19,014 bases of DNA from Candidatus Poribacteria bacterium (GCA_046582655.1 JAYGDX010000008.1:1-19014), one strand, 5' to 3'. Numbered from the stretch's first letter, positions 1 through 8,680 are shown. Notes: generated by a model not told the origin, from the sequence alone. Made by a program: numbers and translations.

Positions 1-1
1 A

Positions 2-70
2 CTCATGTCTTTATCGGTTGATCCTCAAGGCAAATTGGCTACAACATGGTCTAAACTAAAAGCAAACTAG
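2..70 (+). CDS. 3' end of a gene running in from the left edge, ending in a Poribacteria-type C-terminal tail
   Basis: Manual translation of frame 2 gives LMSLSVDPQGKLATTWSKLKAN*, with TAG at 68-70. This matches the AV.P.GKLATTW..LK tail I recall from Poribacteria secreted/LamG proteins. Not in the ORF track. Confidence 0.85.
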   Translation, partial: LMSLSVDPQGKLATTWSKLKAN

Positions 71-90
71 AGTGCATCTCATCTTTCAAT

Positions 91-214
91 TAGACCTCTT
101 GCATAAGTAGTAAAACTCATCAGAATTCTATAGCTGAGAGGCACCTAAATTCATTGAATACGTGGGCTCAATAATCTCCAAACTTCTATTTCTTTGACTT
201 ATGCAAGAGGTCTA
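91..214. mobile_element. MITE-like non-autonomous element (124 bp) with perfect 18-bp terminal inverted repeats
   Basis: TAGACCTCTTGCATAAGT (91-108) and ACTTATGCAAGAGGTCTA (197-214) are exact reverse complements around an 88-bp non-coding interior. The element lies between two convergent genes. Confidence 0.75.
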
Positions 215-227
215 CTAAATAACATCA

Positions 228-993
228 TTATTGCTGACGAACATCTTGGCACTTAAAGCTGTCTTTTAATCTCTCCCAGGTTGAAGCTAACTTCCTTTTG
301 GCATCAACCGCAAACTGATCGAGAACGCCATTTTCCGTAATCTCCTTGATTTTTTCTCCCCTAGAACTCCCAAGTAAACCGCCAGTTCATCCACAAGTCC
401 CAAATAATCTTCTCCAAGTCCAGTATGACGAGACCCAACATAAAAAGGACCAGCCAGAGCCAACTTGCCTGACGCCTTGATCTGGTAGTCTTCTTCTAGC
501 TTGCCATTGAGATACATGTTAAAGACCTTGCCGTCATAAGTTACGACAATATGATGCCATTGTTTTTCCTTGATTGGCATACCTTTGTTCCAACCAGTAA
601 TTCCTCCGGCGTAGAGGGCAAAATTCCCTCGCTGCATATGTCCGCTGTCCATAGCTAGCTCATGTTTATCGGCATGACGAGAAATGATTCGAGGCAATGT
701 TCCATTTCCACCAGGCTCATCAAATTTGTTGACTCATAAGGCAAAAGAAATCTTCTTTATATCACCACTTAAACTTGCACTATCCTTAACTCTAATTCGT
801 GACTATTTAAATTCCATGGCTTTGCCAAACGGCTTATCTTTACTTGCCACTCGTTTAGCCTTTCCATTATCAAATTTCCCATGATTGTTTTTGCCCGATT
901 TGTCATCTACGGTGTTTCCACTACTTCTTGCGCTCTCGCCTGAACAGGTTGAAAAAGTGTGGCTACAAAGAAAAATAATATATAACGTTTCAT
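228..993 (-). pseudogene. Secreted LamG-like jellyroll (concanavalin A-like) protein, pseudogene
   Basis: GGAGGA RBS at 1006-1001, ATG at 993 and signal-peptide-like MKRYILFFFVATLFQPVQA, then a frame break near 925. The LamG frame reads GNTVDDKSGKNNHGKF...FGKAMEFK*...SFAL*VNK...WHHIVVTYDGKVFNMYLNG...YLGLVDELAVY, with stops TAG 805-803 and TGA 736-734. A second frameshift in the A6 run (355-350) leads to the tail AVDAKRKLASTWERLK. ORF 287..697 is only the middle piece. Confidence 0.88.
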
Positions 994-1031
994 GATATGT
1001 TCCTCCAAGGCAATGTCTGCAGTCTTACACC

Positions 1032-1070
1032 TGTAACAGGAGGAGTCATGGCGACTTCTCCTGACTTACA
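1032..1070. repeat. Imperfect inverted repeat (hairpin) upstream of the LamG pseudogene
   Basis: CAGGAGGAGTC (1037-1047), ATGGC loop, GACTTCTCCTG (1053-1063), with one G-U pair. The stem is extended by TGTAA (1032-1036) / TTACA (1066-1070). Confidence 0.55.
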
Positions 1071-1257
1071 TTAATGAAGTAAAGCAATCAAACGCTCACC
1101 TGTAAAATGCCAGATTTCACAGATTCACGCTAAATTTACTATATCTTCTTCACACACTCATTTAACAGTACTTCCAGTGCGTTTCCTACCCCCAGACACA
1201 TCTATCGCTACACCGCCGTGTGAGTGGCGTTTGGTCTGCTCTCTTTCTTCATCATCG

Positions 1258-2217
1258 TCAATCACAATAATTGATTTTCGACACACACTCTTCTAATAGC
1301 ACTTTCATTGGTGGTTTGCCTGCATAAATATCATAGGTGATGCTATTATGTTTATGCCCCACCAGTTCTTTCACAAAATAAAGGAATACTTGTTTGTCCG
1401 TCAGTTGAGTTATGACTGTATACCTTAAAGTGTGAAAGCTCCAGTTAGCATTGGCTAAACCTAACTCGGCCAAAAACTTAGGGCTGAACCAGTCACCAAT
1501 AGACATTTTGGCTTTCTGAAACAGATTCTTCTGACAAGAATCTCCATAGTCTAATATGCCTAACTCTATCAGTTGAGGGTGAATTGGTACCCTACGGATA
1601 GAAGATTGTGTCTTTATCTTCTTTCCATTCTGGTTATTAAAAGAAAAACACCAGATGTTATCTCTCAACTCTATATCATTTGTTGTGAGTTGAGCCACTT
1701 CACCCAACCTGGCACCAGTATAAGCAGCTATATTAGTAACCCAATAATAGTCTGGTGTGGGTTGGCGTCTATCACCTAAACGACCTTTAACTGTATTGTG
1801 CTCCAAGAAAGACCAACCAAGCAGTTTAGGTCCCAGAACCAGCTTCATTTCTTCTACGGAGAAAGGTTCTTTAGCTAATACAACTTCATCTTTGCTAGCT
1901 AATGCAATCTTGCCCGCAAAGTAATTTGTTTTAACAAACCCTTGCTTAACAGCCCAATTAAAAGCTGCAATGGCAACAATGGCATAGGTTTGCTTGCTCG
2001 TAAACTTGAGGTTTAGACTATCAAGTCGGTTCAAGAATTTTCTGGCTGTACCATGATTAATTGTACCGACTTCGACATCAGAGCAAGCCTCAATTAAATA
2101 TTTGCCTATAAACTTGATGCGATATAGACTATCCTCGCTAGCTCCGTTTTTTTGTTTAAAAGACCAAAACTCATTCAATAAGTCAGACAGCTTAATTAAG
2201 GGGGACAGGAGCTTCAA
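1258..2217 (-). CDS. Tyrosine recombinase/phage-type integrase, core-binding and catalytic part (probably the 3' part of a frameshifted gene starting at 2509)
   Basis: The catalytic set is visible: YTGARLGE (R), KTQSS (K), FHTLRYT (HxxR), LVGH (H) and YDIYAG (Y). Confidence 0.92.
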   Translation of the reverse strand: MKLLSPLIKLSDLLNEFWSFKQKNGASEDSLYRIKFIGKYLIEACSDVEVGTINHGTARKFLNRLDSLNLKFTSKQTYAIVAIAAFNWAVKQGFVKTNYFAGKIALASKDEVVLAKEPFSVEEMKLVLGPKLLGWSFLEHNTVKGRLGDRRQPTPDYYWVTNIAAYTGARLGEVAQLTTNDIELRDNIWCFSFNNQNGKKIKTQSSIRRVPIHPQLIELGILDYGDSCQKNLFQKAKMSIGDWFSPKFLAELGLANANWSFHTLRYTVITQLTDKQVFLYFVKELVGHKHNSITYDIYAGKPPMKVLLEECVSKINYCD

Positions 2218-2509
2218 AGCGGATAGATGAACTTAGACCAATCTGCTGCCTATACTTTTGAAGTTCCTGCTGAACAATTTGTTTAATTTGTTGCAGTGAA
2301 AGCTGAGAACAACCAGAATCTATGGATTGGTATATTTTCTGGCAGTAGTGGTAAAGGTGGTGGGATAGGATTTGTGCATCCTGTTGGAGGCTCGTTCTCA
2401 AAGAAATAGTAAACTGTTTCTTATGAAAAATTGCTTGATATCTCACAGGTATTCGGGAGCGAAACAGATATACGTTTCTCCCTTTATTTTTGAAAAAATG
2501 GGAACTCAA
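2192..2509 (-). CDS. DUF6538-like integrase N-terminal domain, out of frame with the catalytic part
   Basis: VYLFRSRIP...KKQFTISLRTS resembles the N-terminal domain normally fused to such integrases. Removing one base from the G5 run at 2200-2204 fuses both ORFs (FEAPVP-LIKLSDLL). Confidence 0.75.
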   Translation of the reverse strand: MSSHFFKNKGRNVYLFRSRIPVRYQAIFHKKQFTISLRTSLQQDAQILSHHLYHYCQKIYQSIDSGCSQLSLQQIKQIVQQELQKYRQQIGLSSSIRFEAPVPLN

Positions 2510-2529
2510 TGGTTACCTCTGTGGTAACC
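2510..2529. promoter_or_regulatory. Paired repeat immediately upstream of the integrase start, possible integrase arm-type or autoregulatory site
   Basis: TGGTTACC (2510-2517) and TGGTAACC (2522-2529) form a near-direct repeat. GGTTACC/GGTAACC is also a perfect 7-bp inverted repeat. Confidence 0.45.
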
Positions 2530-2602
2530 CGATGAGTGCGATTTGGACGAGCCTTGCTGTTCAACCCCTTACCAACACAGGAAACGACTGCATTCCTAAT
2601 TT

Positions 2603-2624
2603 TTAACTGTTATAACACAGTTAA
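2603..2624. repeat. AT-rich inverted repeat near the presumed end of the integrase element
   Basis: TTAACTGT (2603-2610), TATAAC spacer, ACAGTTAA (2617-2624). Confidence 0.5.
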
Positions 2625-2630
2625 TAGTAA

Positions 2631-2748
2631 ATGGCATAATTGGGATCCACATCCGGATCATGTCGCTGAAATGCCGACTAAACGCCAAACTCTATTTCGG
2701 CCAGTCCATGTTGCAGGCAATGTCATCGGTGGTCAATACCAAGATTGA
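2631..2748 (+). pseudogene. Possible orphan 3' fragment of a gene truncated at the integrase element boundary
   Basis: WHNWDPHPDHVAEMPTKRQTLFRPVHVAGNVIGGQYQD* looks like natural protein. The upstream part of ORF 2536..2748 runs through AT-rich repeats and does not. Confidence 0.35.
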
Positions 2749-2864
2749 TGAATTATCAGTTTTTCATATGCCCAAAATTCATAGAATTGTGAATATCTAA
2801 AAGGGATGTCGCCTTTTTAGCCAGTCCGCATATTCAGCAATTAAGCAAGAAAGCAAGAAAGTAA

Positions 2865-3326
2865 TTGATGATTTGCGCTATTGATCATATAAATATTGTC
2901 GTTTCTGATCTGGAGAGATCCATTGGGTTCTATACGAAAGTACTGGGATTTAAAGAGACGCGTAGAGCTTATCTGGAAGGACAATGGGTTGAATCAATCG
3001 TAGGGCTTAAAGGTGTTCGGGCCAATGTTGCCTATGTCACAGCCGCTGCCGGTGATCCACGATTGGAGTTACTCTGTTATGAATCTCCCTCCGGTGAGAG
3101 ATTACCGGAAAATTCTCTGCCGAATACGCTTGGTCTTCGGCATCTTGCTCTACAGGTTGATAACATTGACACAGCGGTCAGGCGTTTAAAGGAAGCTGAA
3201 GCTGAACTTATCAGTGAACCTATCGTTGTACCCACCGACGTCATTACACACCAAGAAGGCCATAAAGTACTTTGCTATTTCCTTGATCCCGATGGTGTAT
3301 TGCTGGAACTTACGGAATACCGTTAA
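2865..3326 (+). CDS. VOC family (glyoxalase/bleomycin resistance/dioxygenase) protein
   Basis: IDHINIVVSDLERSIGFYTKVLG, LELLCY, GLRHLALQVDNID and YFLDPDGVLLELTE give the H/E/H/E metal ligands. The start may be ATG 2868. Confidence 0.95.
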   Translation: MMICAIDHINIVVSDLERSIGFYTKVLGFKETRRAYLEGQWVESIVGLKGVRANVAYVTAAAGDPRLELLCYESPSGERLPENSLPNTLGLRHLALQVDNIDTAVRRLKEAEAELISEPIVVPTDVITHQEGHKVLCYFLDPDGVLLELTEYR

Positions 3327-3386
3327 AACAGGATTACTTTGCCATTCAACTGTTTGTAACTCGGATAAAATGGAAATAGGTCCAAA

Positions 3387-4877
3387 GTGAAGATTCGGTT
3401 TTCTCTAATCTTAATCTGTTTTTTCTTGCTTAAGTCAGTTCCAATCTCAGCTAAAATCAACGGATTTGGTATGTTCAACGTCTATTTTTCAATTGATGAA
3501 GCTTTAGGTTATCAAGAGGTAAGAGACGATCTGTCAGAAGTTTATTCGGCTGGGTGCCGTTTAGTCACACATTATTTCCGGCAAGAACACAGCCGTAGTG
3601 TTGAAGATAAGCCATTTTGGTTTGGCTTGGAAGATTGGCTGGAAGCAAATCCCGAAGCGGCTGAACGCTTACAAACTTGGAAGAACAATTATGGTGAATC
3701 ATTAGGTTGGAAACTCTTTTTTTACAGCACTTATTTGCTAGAAGCATATCAAAAAACCGAAGGCGGCTTAAAAATATTGGTCGGAGAAATTTACGGCATG
3801 TTTCCATCAGACCAGGATGACGCCGATCTGAAAGCCTTTGTGACTGCTATCTTAGAATTTGAAGCCGCAAGTTGTCCAGATTCAATAGGTGGTTGGTATG
3901 TGGTTGAGGAACCTAACAGTTCTGAAAAGCATTATCGTCCAACACGTTATGCGTCAATTGTAGCGTTAATCCGGGCATCGGAGACGGAAATGGAGACATC
4001 CCCACGCCTAATTTATATTGATATTTCGCCTTATCGAAAGCGGAATCAGGTTGTTCCATTTCTGACAGGAGCTGATGTGATCATGATCAGCCCAGACGCA
4101 TATATTTGGGCGCGAGTGCCACCGACATACGTTGAAGAAGCACAATACGAATCTATCCATTATGCTATTAGATCTATGCGCGATCACGCCAAAGCCTCCG
4201 ACAATTCGGACGCTAAAATTGAGGTGGTGCTTCAGGCATATGACTGGAACCCAAAAGGCCCACTTCAACCCAGTCACATTAATATGCATCAACAGGTCAA
4301 TTATATTTTACAGCCGGGATGGGTAGATCGGGGTGTGTACGGGATACGACCGCAATGGGAACCGCCACCCGATGGCATATGGTTTTGGTGGTGGCACGAT
4401 TGTAAATCAAAAAAGCGAACTCCTCAAGGTGACATCATTGAAATCAATCGTTGGGACGAAGGAACTAAAGGGGGTTGGGCAGAAGCCATCCAAACCGAAC
4501 TTTCGAAGCGCCAACGACCTGTGCAAATTCGTGGCACTGAACGCTGGCAGGGAATCATCCATATCATCGGTGACGTAATTATTAACCGAGACGCAACACT
4601 AATATTAGAAGCAGGAACAACTGTAAAATTCGCTACATGGGATCACTTCCAAAGTGGCAAGGATAGCAAACGCTGTGAACTTATCGTACGCGGGAAACTG
4701 GTTGCCGAAGGAACACCTGACCGGAAGATTCTTCTAACCTCTGACGCCAAAAATCGCCGACTATCCGCCAAGCCGCGAAAGCCGCGAAAAGCGGACTGGT
4801 ACGGCATCCGTACTGATGGCTCATCCGCCACAGTAACGATTGAAAATTGCCAGATTCAATATGCAATCCGGAAGTAA
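3387..4877 (+). CDS. Secreted hypothetical protein: glycoside-hydrolase-like N-terminal domain plus short C-terminal right-handed beta-helix-like segment
   Basis: Signal-peptide-like N-terminus. GWYVVEEPN, ADVIMISPDAY, VVLQAY and GIWFWWW resemble TIM-barrel glycosidase strands. The C-terminal IIGDVIINRDATLILEAGTTVKF...LIVRGKLVAEGT...ILLTS...DWYGI...IENCQIQYA is the usual lead-in of beta-helix domains. Confidence 0.7.
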   Translation: MKIRFSLILICFFLLKSVPISAKINGFGMFNVYFSIDEALGYQEVRDDLSEVYSAGCRLVTHYFRQEHSRSVEDKPFWFGLEDWLEANPEAAERLQTWKNNYGESLGWKLFFYSTYLLEAYQKTEGGLKILVGEIYGMFPSDQDDADLKAFVTAILEFEAASCPDSIGGWYVVEEPNSSEKHYRPTRYASIVALIRASETEMETSPRLIYIDISPYRKRNQVVPFLTGADVIMISPDAYIWARVPPTYVEEAQYESIHYAIRSMRDHAKASDNSDAKIEVVLQAYDWNPKGPLQPSHINMHQQVNYILQPGWVDRGVYGIRPQWEPPPDGIWFWWWHDCKSKKRTPQGDIIEINRWDEGTKGGWAEAIQTELSKRQRPVQIRGTERWQGIIHIIGDVIINRDATLILEAGTTVKFATWDHFQSGKDSKRCELIVRGKLVAEGTPDRKILLTSDAKNRRLSAKPRKPRKADWYGIRTDGSSATVTIENCQIQYAIRK

Positions 4878-4948
4878 GAAATAACCTGACCTAAGAATTC
4901 CCTGCTCAATCAAAATAAAATACTATCCATCGAGACAATCGAGAGGTT

Positions 4949-6907
4949 TTGATTCAACCGATTATGGTTTCCAATCCATTGACTGCCAGCAATCAAACTA
5001 AACAAAACCGCATCAAAATCCACATACTGCTAATTGGTTTAGTCCTAGTAGGATTCAACAGTTTATGGGTACTGATGGGAACTGAGATCTGGCACTCGAC
5101 ACAAATGACGATTGCCTCCCTGTTTTTCAATGCTGTTTTCAGTCTGCTGGTTTTGGTTCTAATCAATCTGATTTTGGAAAAAACCATACCTTGGTTGGTC
5201 ATGTCGCAGGCAGACCTACAAACCATGTATGTCATGGTCGTCATGTTGACCACTATCAGCGGACACACGATGATGGGTTATCTGTTGCCTGTTATTACCC
5301 ACGCATTTTGGTTTGCTTCACCAGAAAATGAGTGGAGACAACTATTTGGCCATCATATTTTGGATTGGATTGCTATTAAAAACCCGGATATTCTGCATGG
5401 TTACTATCAAGGTGATTCAACGCTGTACACTTATGAACGACTGCACGCATGGTTGCCCGTCATTATCTCGTGGTCAGCATTTGTCATCGCGTTATGGTTA
5501 GTTTTACTGGCTCTAACTGTACTTCTGCGAAAACAGTGGACTGAGAATGAAAAACTCAGTTATCCAATAGTTCAACTCCCAATTGCCATGACAAACAACC
5601 CCAAAAAGTTCTTTACTAATCACTGGATGTGGATCGGATTTGGCGTGGCTGGATCTGCTGAACTACTGAACGGACTAAACTACCTCTTTCCCACTATTCC
5701 CTCTTTACCAATTAAAGGTTTGTCACTTGGCCAATTCAGTTCAAGACCGTGGAGCGCAATGGGATCTATTCACGTTTCTTTTTATCCATTCGCCATCGGG
5801 TTAATGTTTTTCACCCCCTTGGATCTCTCTTTTTCCTGCTGGGTATTTTACCTTTTGGGTCGTATTCAGTTGATTGTCAATGATGCAATCGGGGGACAAA
5901 ACATCTATCATCTTGAGCAACAAGCAGGAGCATGGATTGCATTCGGGTTCATTCCATTATGGACAGGCCGACAGTATTATCTCCGACTTCTGTTTCAAAT
6001 TTTTGGCAAACGTAATTCAACAGACAGCGACAAATCGAGTGATCAGACTGAACCAATGACCTACAGAACAGCAATTATCATGATGGCAACTGGATTGGTG
6101 TTCCTAATTTTCTTTTGTCACCAGATAGGCATGTCACTTTGGACGATCCTGTTATTCTTGATGATATATTTTCCAATGGTCATTGGTGTGACACGTATCC
6201 GTGCTGAAGTGGGGCCACCTATCCATCAAATGATTTTTGTTGATCCCGGTAGAACAATGGTTGCGGCCTTGGGAACACGCCGCCTCGGAACCAACAACCT
6301 GACCGGATTAACCTTCCTCTATCCTTTTGTCCGTTGTTTTCGCGCACATCCGATGCCAAGTGAACTGGAAGCCTTTCGTATTGCTGAAAGGACCCAGATC
6401 GGTTACCGGCAACTGCAAACCGGCATGATTATAGCTATTATATTTGGTGTTTTATTCACCTTTTGGATTTATCTTCATATTATGTACCAGATGGGTGCTG
6501 CAAGTAAAGCACGCGGCTGGTTGGTTTACATGGGATGGGAATCATTTAATCGTTTGCAGACATGGATCGTCCATCCCCGCAATTCTAATGTCACCGAGGT
6601 GGGAGTAATAACTAGTAGTTTTTTGTTTACCATCTTATTGCTAATCATGAAAAATTCTTTTTTATGGTGGCCGCTTCATCCCGGAGGTTACGTGCTGGTT
6701 ACAGGAACCGGATTCTCCGGCCTATGGTTTACCGCCCTTCTAAGCTGGACAGTCAAAGCTACAGTTTTGAAAATAGGGGGAGTACGGTTATACAGGAAAG
6801 CCGTTCCCTTTTTTCTGGGGTTGATTTTGGGAGATTATACCCTCGGTTGTCTATGGAGTCTACTTGGATTAGCTCTAGAAATGCCAACATACATCGTCTG
6901 GCATTAA
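4949..6907 (+). CDS. Polytopic membrane protein, DUF6785/DUF6784-like (putative OPT-like transporter)
   Basis: Many hydrophobic helices, with motifs LRKQWTENEKLSYPIVQLP, TRIRAEVGPP, WWPLHPGGY and GGVRLYRKAVPFFLGLILGD. The start may be ATG 4964. Confidence 0.8.
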   Translation: MIQPIMVSNPLTASNQTKQNRIKIHILLIGLVLVGFNSLWVLMGTEIWHSTQMTIASLFFNAVFSLLVLVLINLILEKTIPWLVMSQADLQTMYVMVVMLTTISGHTMMGYLLPVITHAFWFASPENEWRQLFGHHILDWIAIKNPDILHGYYQGDSTLYTYERLHAWLPVIISWSAFVIALWLVLLALTVLLRKQWTENEKLSYPIVQLPIAMTNNPKKFFTNHWMWIGFGVAGSAELLNGLNYLFPTIPSLPIKGLSLGQFSSRPWSAMGSIHVSFYPFAIGLMFFTPLDLSFSCWVFYLLGRIQLIVNDAIGGQNIYHLEQQAGAWIAFGFIPLWTGRQYYLRLLFQIFGKRNSTDSDKSSDQTEPMTYRTAIIMMATGLVFLIFFCHQIGMSLWTILLFLMIYFPMVIGVTRIRAEVGPPIHQMIFVDPGRTMVAALGTRRLGTNNLTGLTFLYPFVRCFRAHPMPSELEAFRIAERTQIGYRQLQTGMIIAIIFGVLFTFWIYLHIMYQMGAASKARGWLVYMGWESFNRLQTWIVHPRNSNVTEVGVITSSFLFTILLLIMKNSFLWWPLHPGGYVLVTGTGFSGLWFTALLSWTVKATVLKIGGVRLYRKAVPFFLGLILGDYTLGCLWSLLGLALEMPTYIVWH

Positions 6908-6989
6908 GAAAACGGGCAGACTAAAAATTGGCAGAATTTATAAAATCCGATTGTTATCATATACTCATAGATCAAGGAAAATCCAAGCA

Positions 6990-8474
6990 ATGTCTTCAAC
7001 CATACTTTTTATAGATGACCATGACATTCTTTACCGTTCAGGAACACAACGTGTGCTGAACTCTCCCGTTCGTCATCATACCAACCCGTTAATTAAGTCA
7101 GACCGGCCATGGGAAACGGCTATTGCTTGGACAAGTGCGTATCGAGACCAACACACAGGCAAATATCAGTTATGGTATCAGGCATTTGCGGGTGATCGAG
7201 CAATCTACTCAACCCATCGGTGCGTCGTTTGTTACGCAGAATCGGACGACGGCATCCGTTTTACCAAACCTGATCTGAATCTCTTCAACTTCAACAAAAT
7301 CAAGAATACCAATATTGTCCTAATTGGAAATGGCGGTCACTCACTTCGCTACGCCAACTCGGTCATTATTGATCCAAGGGAAAAAGATCCAGATCGGCGT
7401 TATAAAATGGCCTATTTTGATTTTGCTCAGGACGGGAAAAATGAACACCCTGGGTTGTGTGTCGCTTTTTCTCCTGATGGCATCCATTGGACAAAACACC
7501 CTCGAGCCCCGTTACTAAAATCGTCCTATGGCAATTATGGCGAAACCGTCCCATTTGACAGCGAACTAGATCGACCTTGGGATGTCCCGCTTTCGATGTC
7601 CGACGCCGTTGACGCACTTTACGATCCAAGGCGGAAGGTTTTTGCTCTGTACGGTAAGATGTGGATCGATGGGCCGGATGGTGGAATGTATTGGAAACAC
7701 GGTATGGGACGGACAGAAAGCAAAAACTTCGTTGATTGGACGGCACCGCAACTCCTTTGCGTTCCTGATGAGTTAGACCCTTCCCACGTTGAGTTTCACA
7801 CTTCTCCAGTATTCTTTTATCAAGATGTGTATTTCTGCTTGAACCAGATTCTTAACAGGAGTGTTAGGGGTGGTGTGATTGACATTGAACTGGGGATTAG
7901 CCGCGATGGGATTAATTGGCATCGTCCATTTAAATCATCTTTTTTTCTTAGCCGATCCGATCACAACCAATTCGACAGCGGATCGATCTTTACCAACTCC
8001 ACGCCTATCATCCTAAACAAGGAGATCCGTTTCTATTATGGTGGTTATTCACAAGGCGCAACGGGAGCAGACGATTACAATCATGTCAGTGGTGTAGGAT
8101 TGGCAATACTGCAGAGAGATCGGTTTGCAGGTTTGACACCAGTTTCCTTGAGTGATCAATCCACTTTGAAAAAACCTCTGCAAAATACTGGACAAATTAC
8201 GCTGAAGCCAATTATGCTTGCCAACTGCGATCAAATTTCCCTTAATGCAGATGCATCGCATGGAACCGTTCGGGCTGAATTACTAGATCAACGTGGCAAA
8301 CGTGTGAAGGGATTTTCGAAGGATGAAACTATCCCGATTAGAGGAGATTCATTGAACCATAACATCAAATGGCGTGATTGCAAACTAACTGATCTTGACA
8401 GAAGACCTTACTTATTACGGCTGCATCTAGACGATGCAACCGTCTACGCCCTAACTCTAGTTGCTAAACCCTGA
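6990..8474 (+). CDS. Five-bladed beta-propeller glycoside hydrolase-like protein (GH32/GH43 superfamily-like) with C-terminal beta-sandwich
   Basis: LFIDD start, Asp-box-like repeats YAESDDGIRF, AFSPDGIHW, TESKNFVDW and GISRDGINW, and RFYYGG. ATG 6990, preceded by AAGGA, is preferred over TTG 6951. Confidence 0.8.
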   Translation: MSSTILFIDDHDILYRSGTQRVLNSPVRHHTNPLIKSDRPWETAIAWTSAYRDQHTGKYQLWYQAFAGDRAIYSTHRCVVCYAESDDGIRFTKPDLNLFNFNKIKNTNIVLIGNGGHSLRYANSVIIDPREKDPDRRYKMAYFDFAQDGKNEHPGLCVAFSPDGIHWTKHPRAPLLKSSYGNYGETVPFDSELDRPWDVPLSMSDAVDALYDPRRKVFALYGKMWIDGPDGGMYWKHGMGRTESKNFVDWTAPQLLCVPDELDPSHVEFHTSPVFFYQDVYFCLNQILNRSVRGGVIDIELGISRDGINWHRPFKSSFFLSRSDHNQFDSGSIFTNSTPIILNKEIRFYYGGYSQGATGADDYNHVSGVGLAILQRDRFAGLTPVSLSDQSTLKKPLQNTGQITLKPIMLANCDQISLNADASHGTVRAELLDQRGKRVKGFSKDETIPIRGDSLNHNIKWRDCKLTDLDRRPYLLRLHLDDATVYALTLVAKP

Positions 8475-8680
8475 TTCCATCAATCATTAAGTATTTTCCG
8501 GTTATCGTCATATTCAACTTTAATATAATAGCATGAGTGAAGCAAATTGAGATACTGACCCGACTCGCTTACAAACCAGTAGAATGAACTTAAATTCACC
8601 ACAAGTCTTTCTAATCCACCAATTAATCTAAGTAAAATTGCTCTAATAAGAAGGGCTCATTATTATGATACGAAACGCTT

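Noticed and set aside
2510..2864. tRNA or tmRNA integration target beside the integrase
   Set aside because: No cloverleaf, T-loop GTTCGA or CCA-end remnant was seen on either strand.
4770..4787. 9-bp tandem duplication AAGCCGCGA x2 (KPRKPR)
   Set aside because: Only two in-frame copies in a probable loop; trivial.
8504..8534. Possible ModE box (ATCGTCATAT...ATATAATAGCAT) upstream of modA
   Set aside because: Only a partial match to the ModE palindrome, about 150 bp from the promoter, in AT-rich DNA. No modE gene is in the window.
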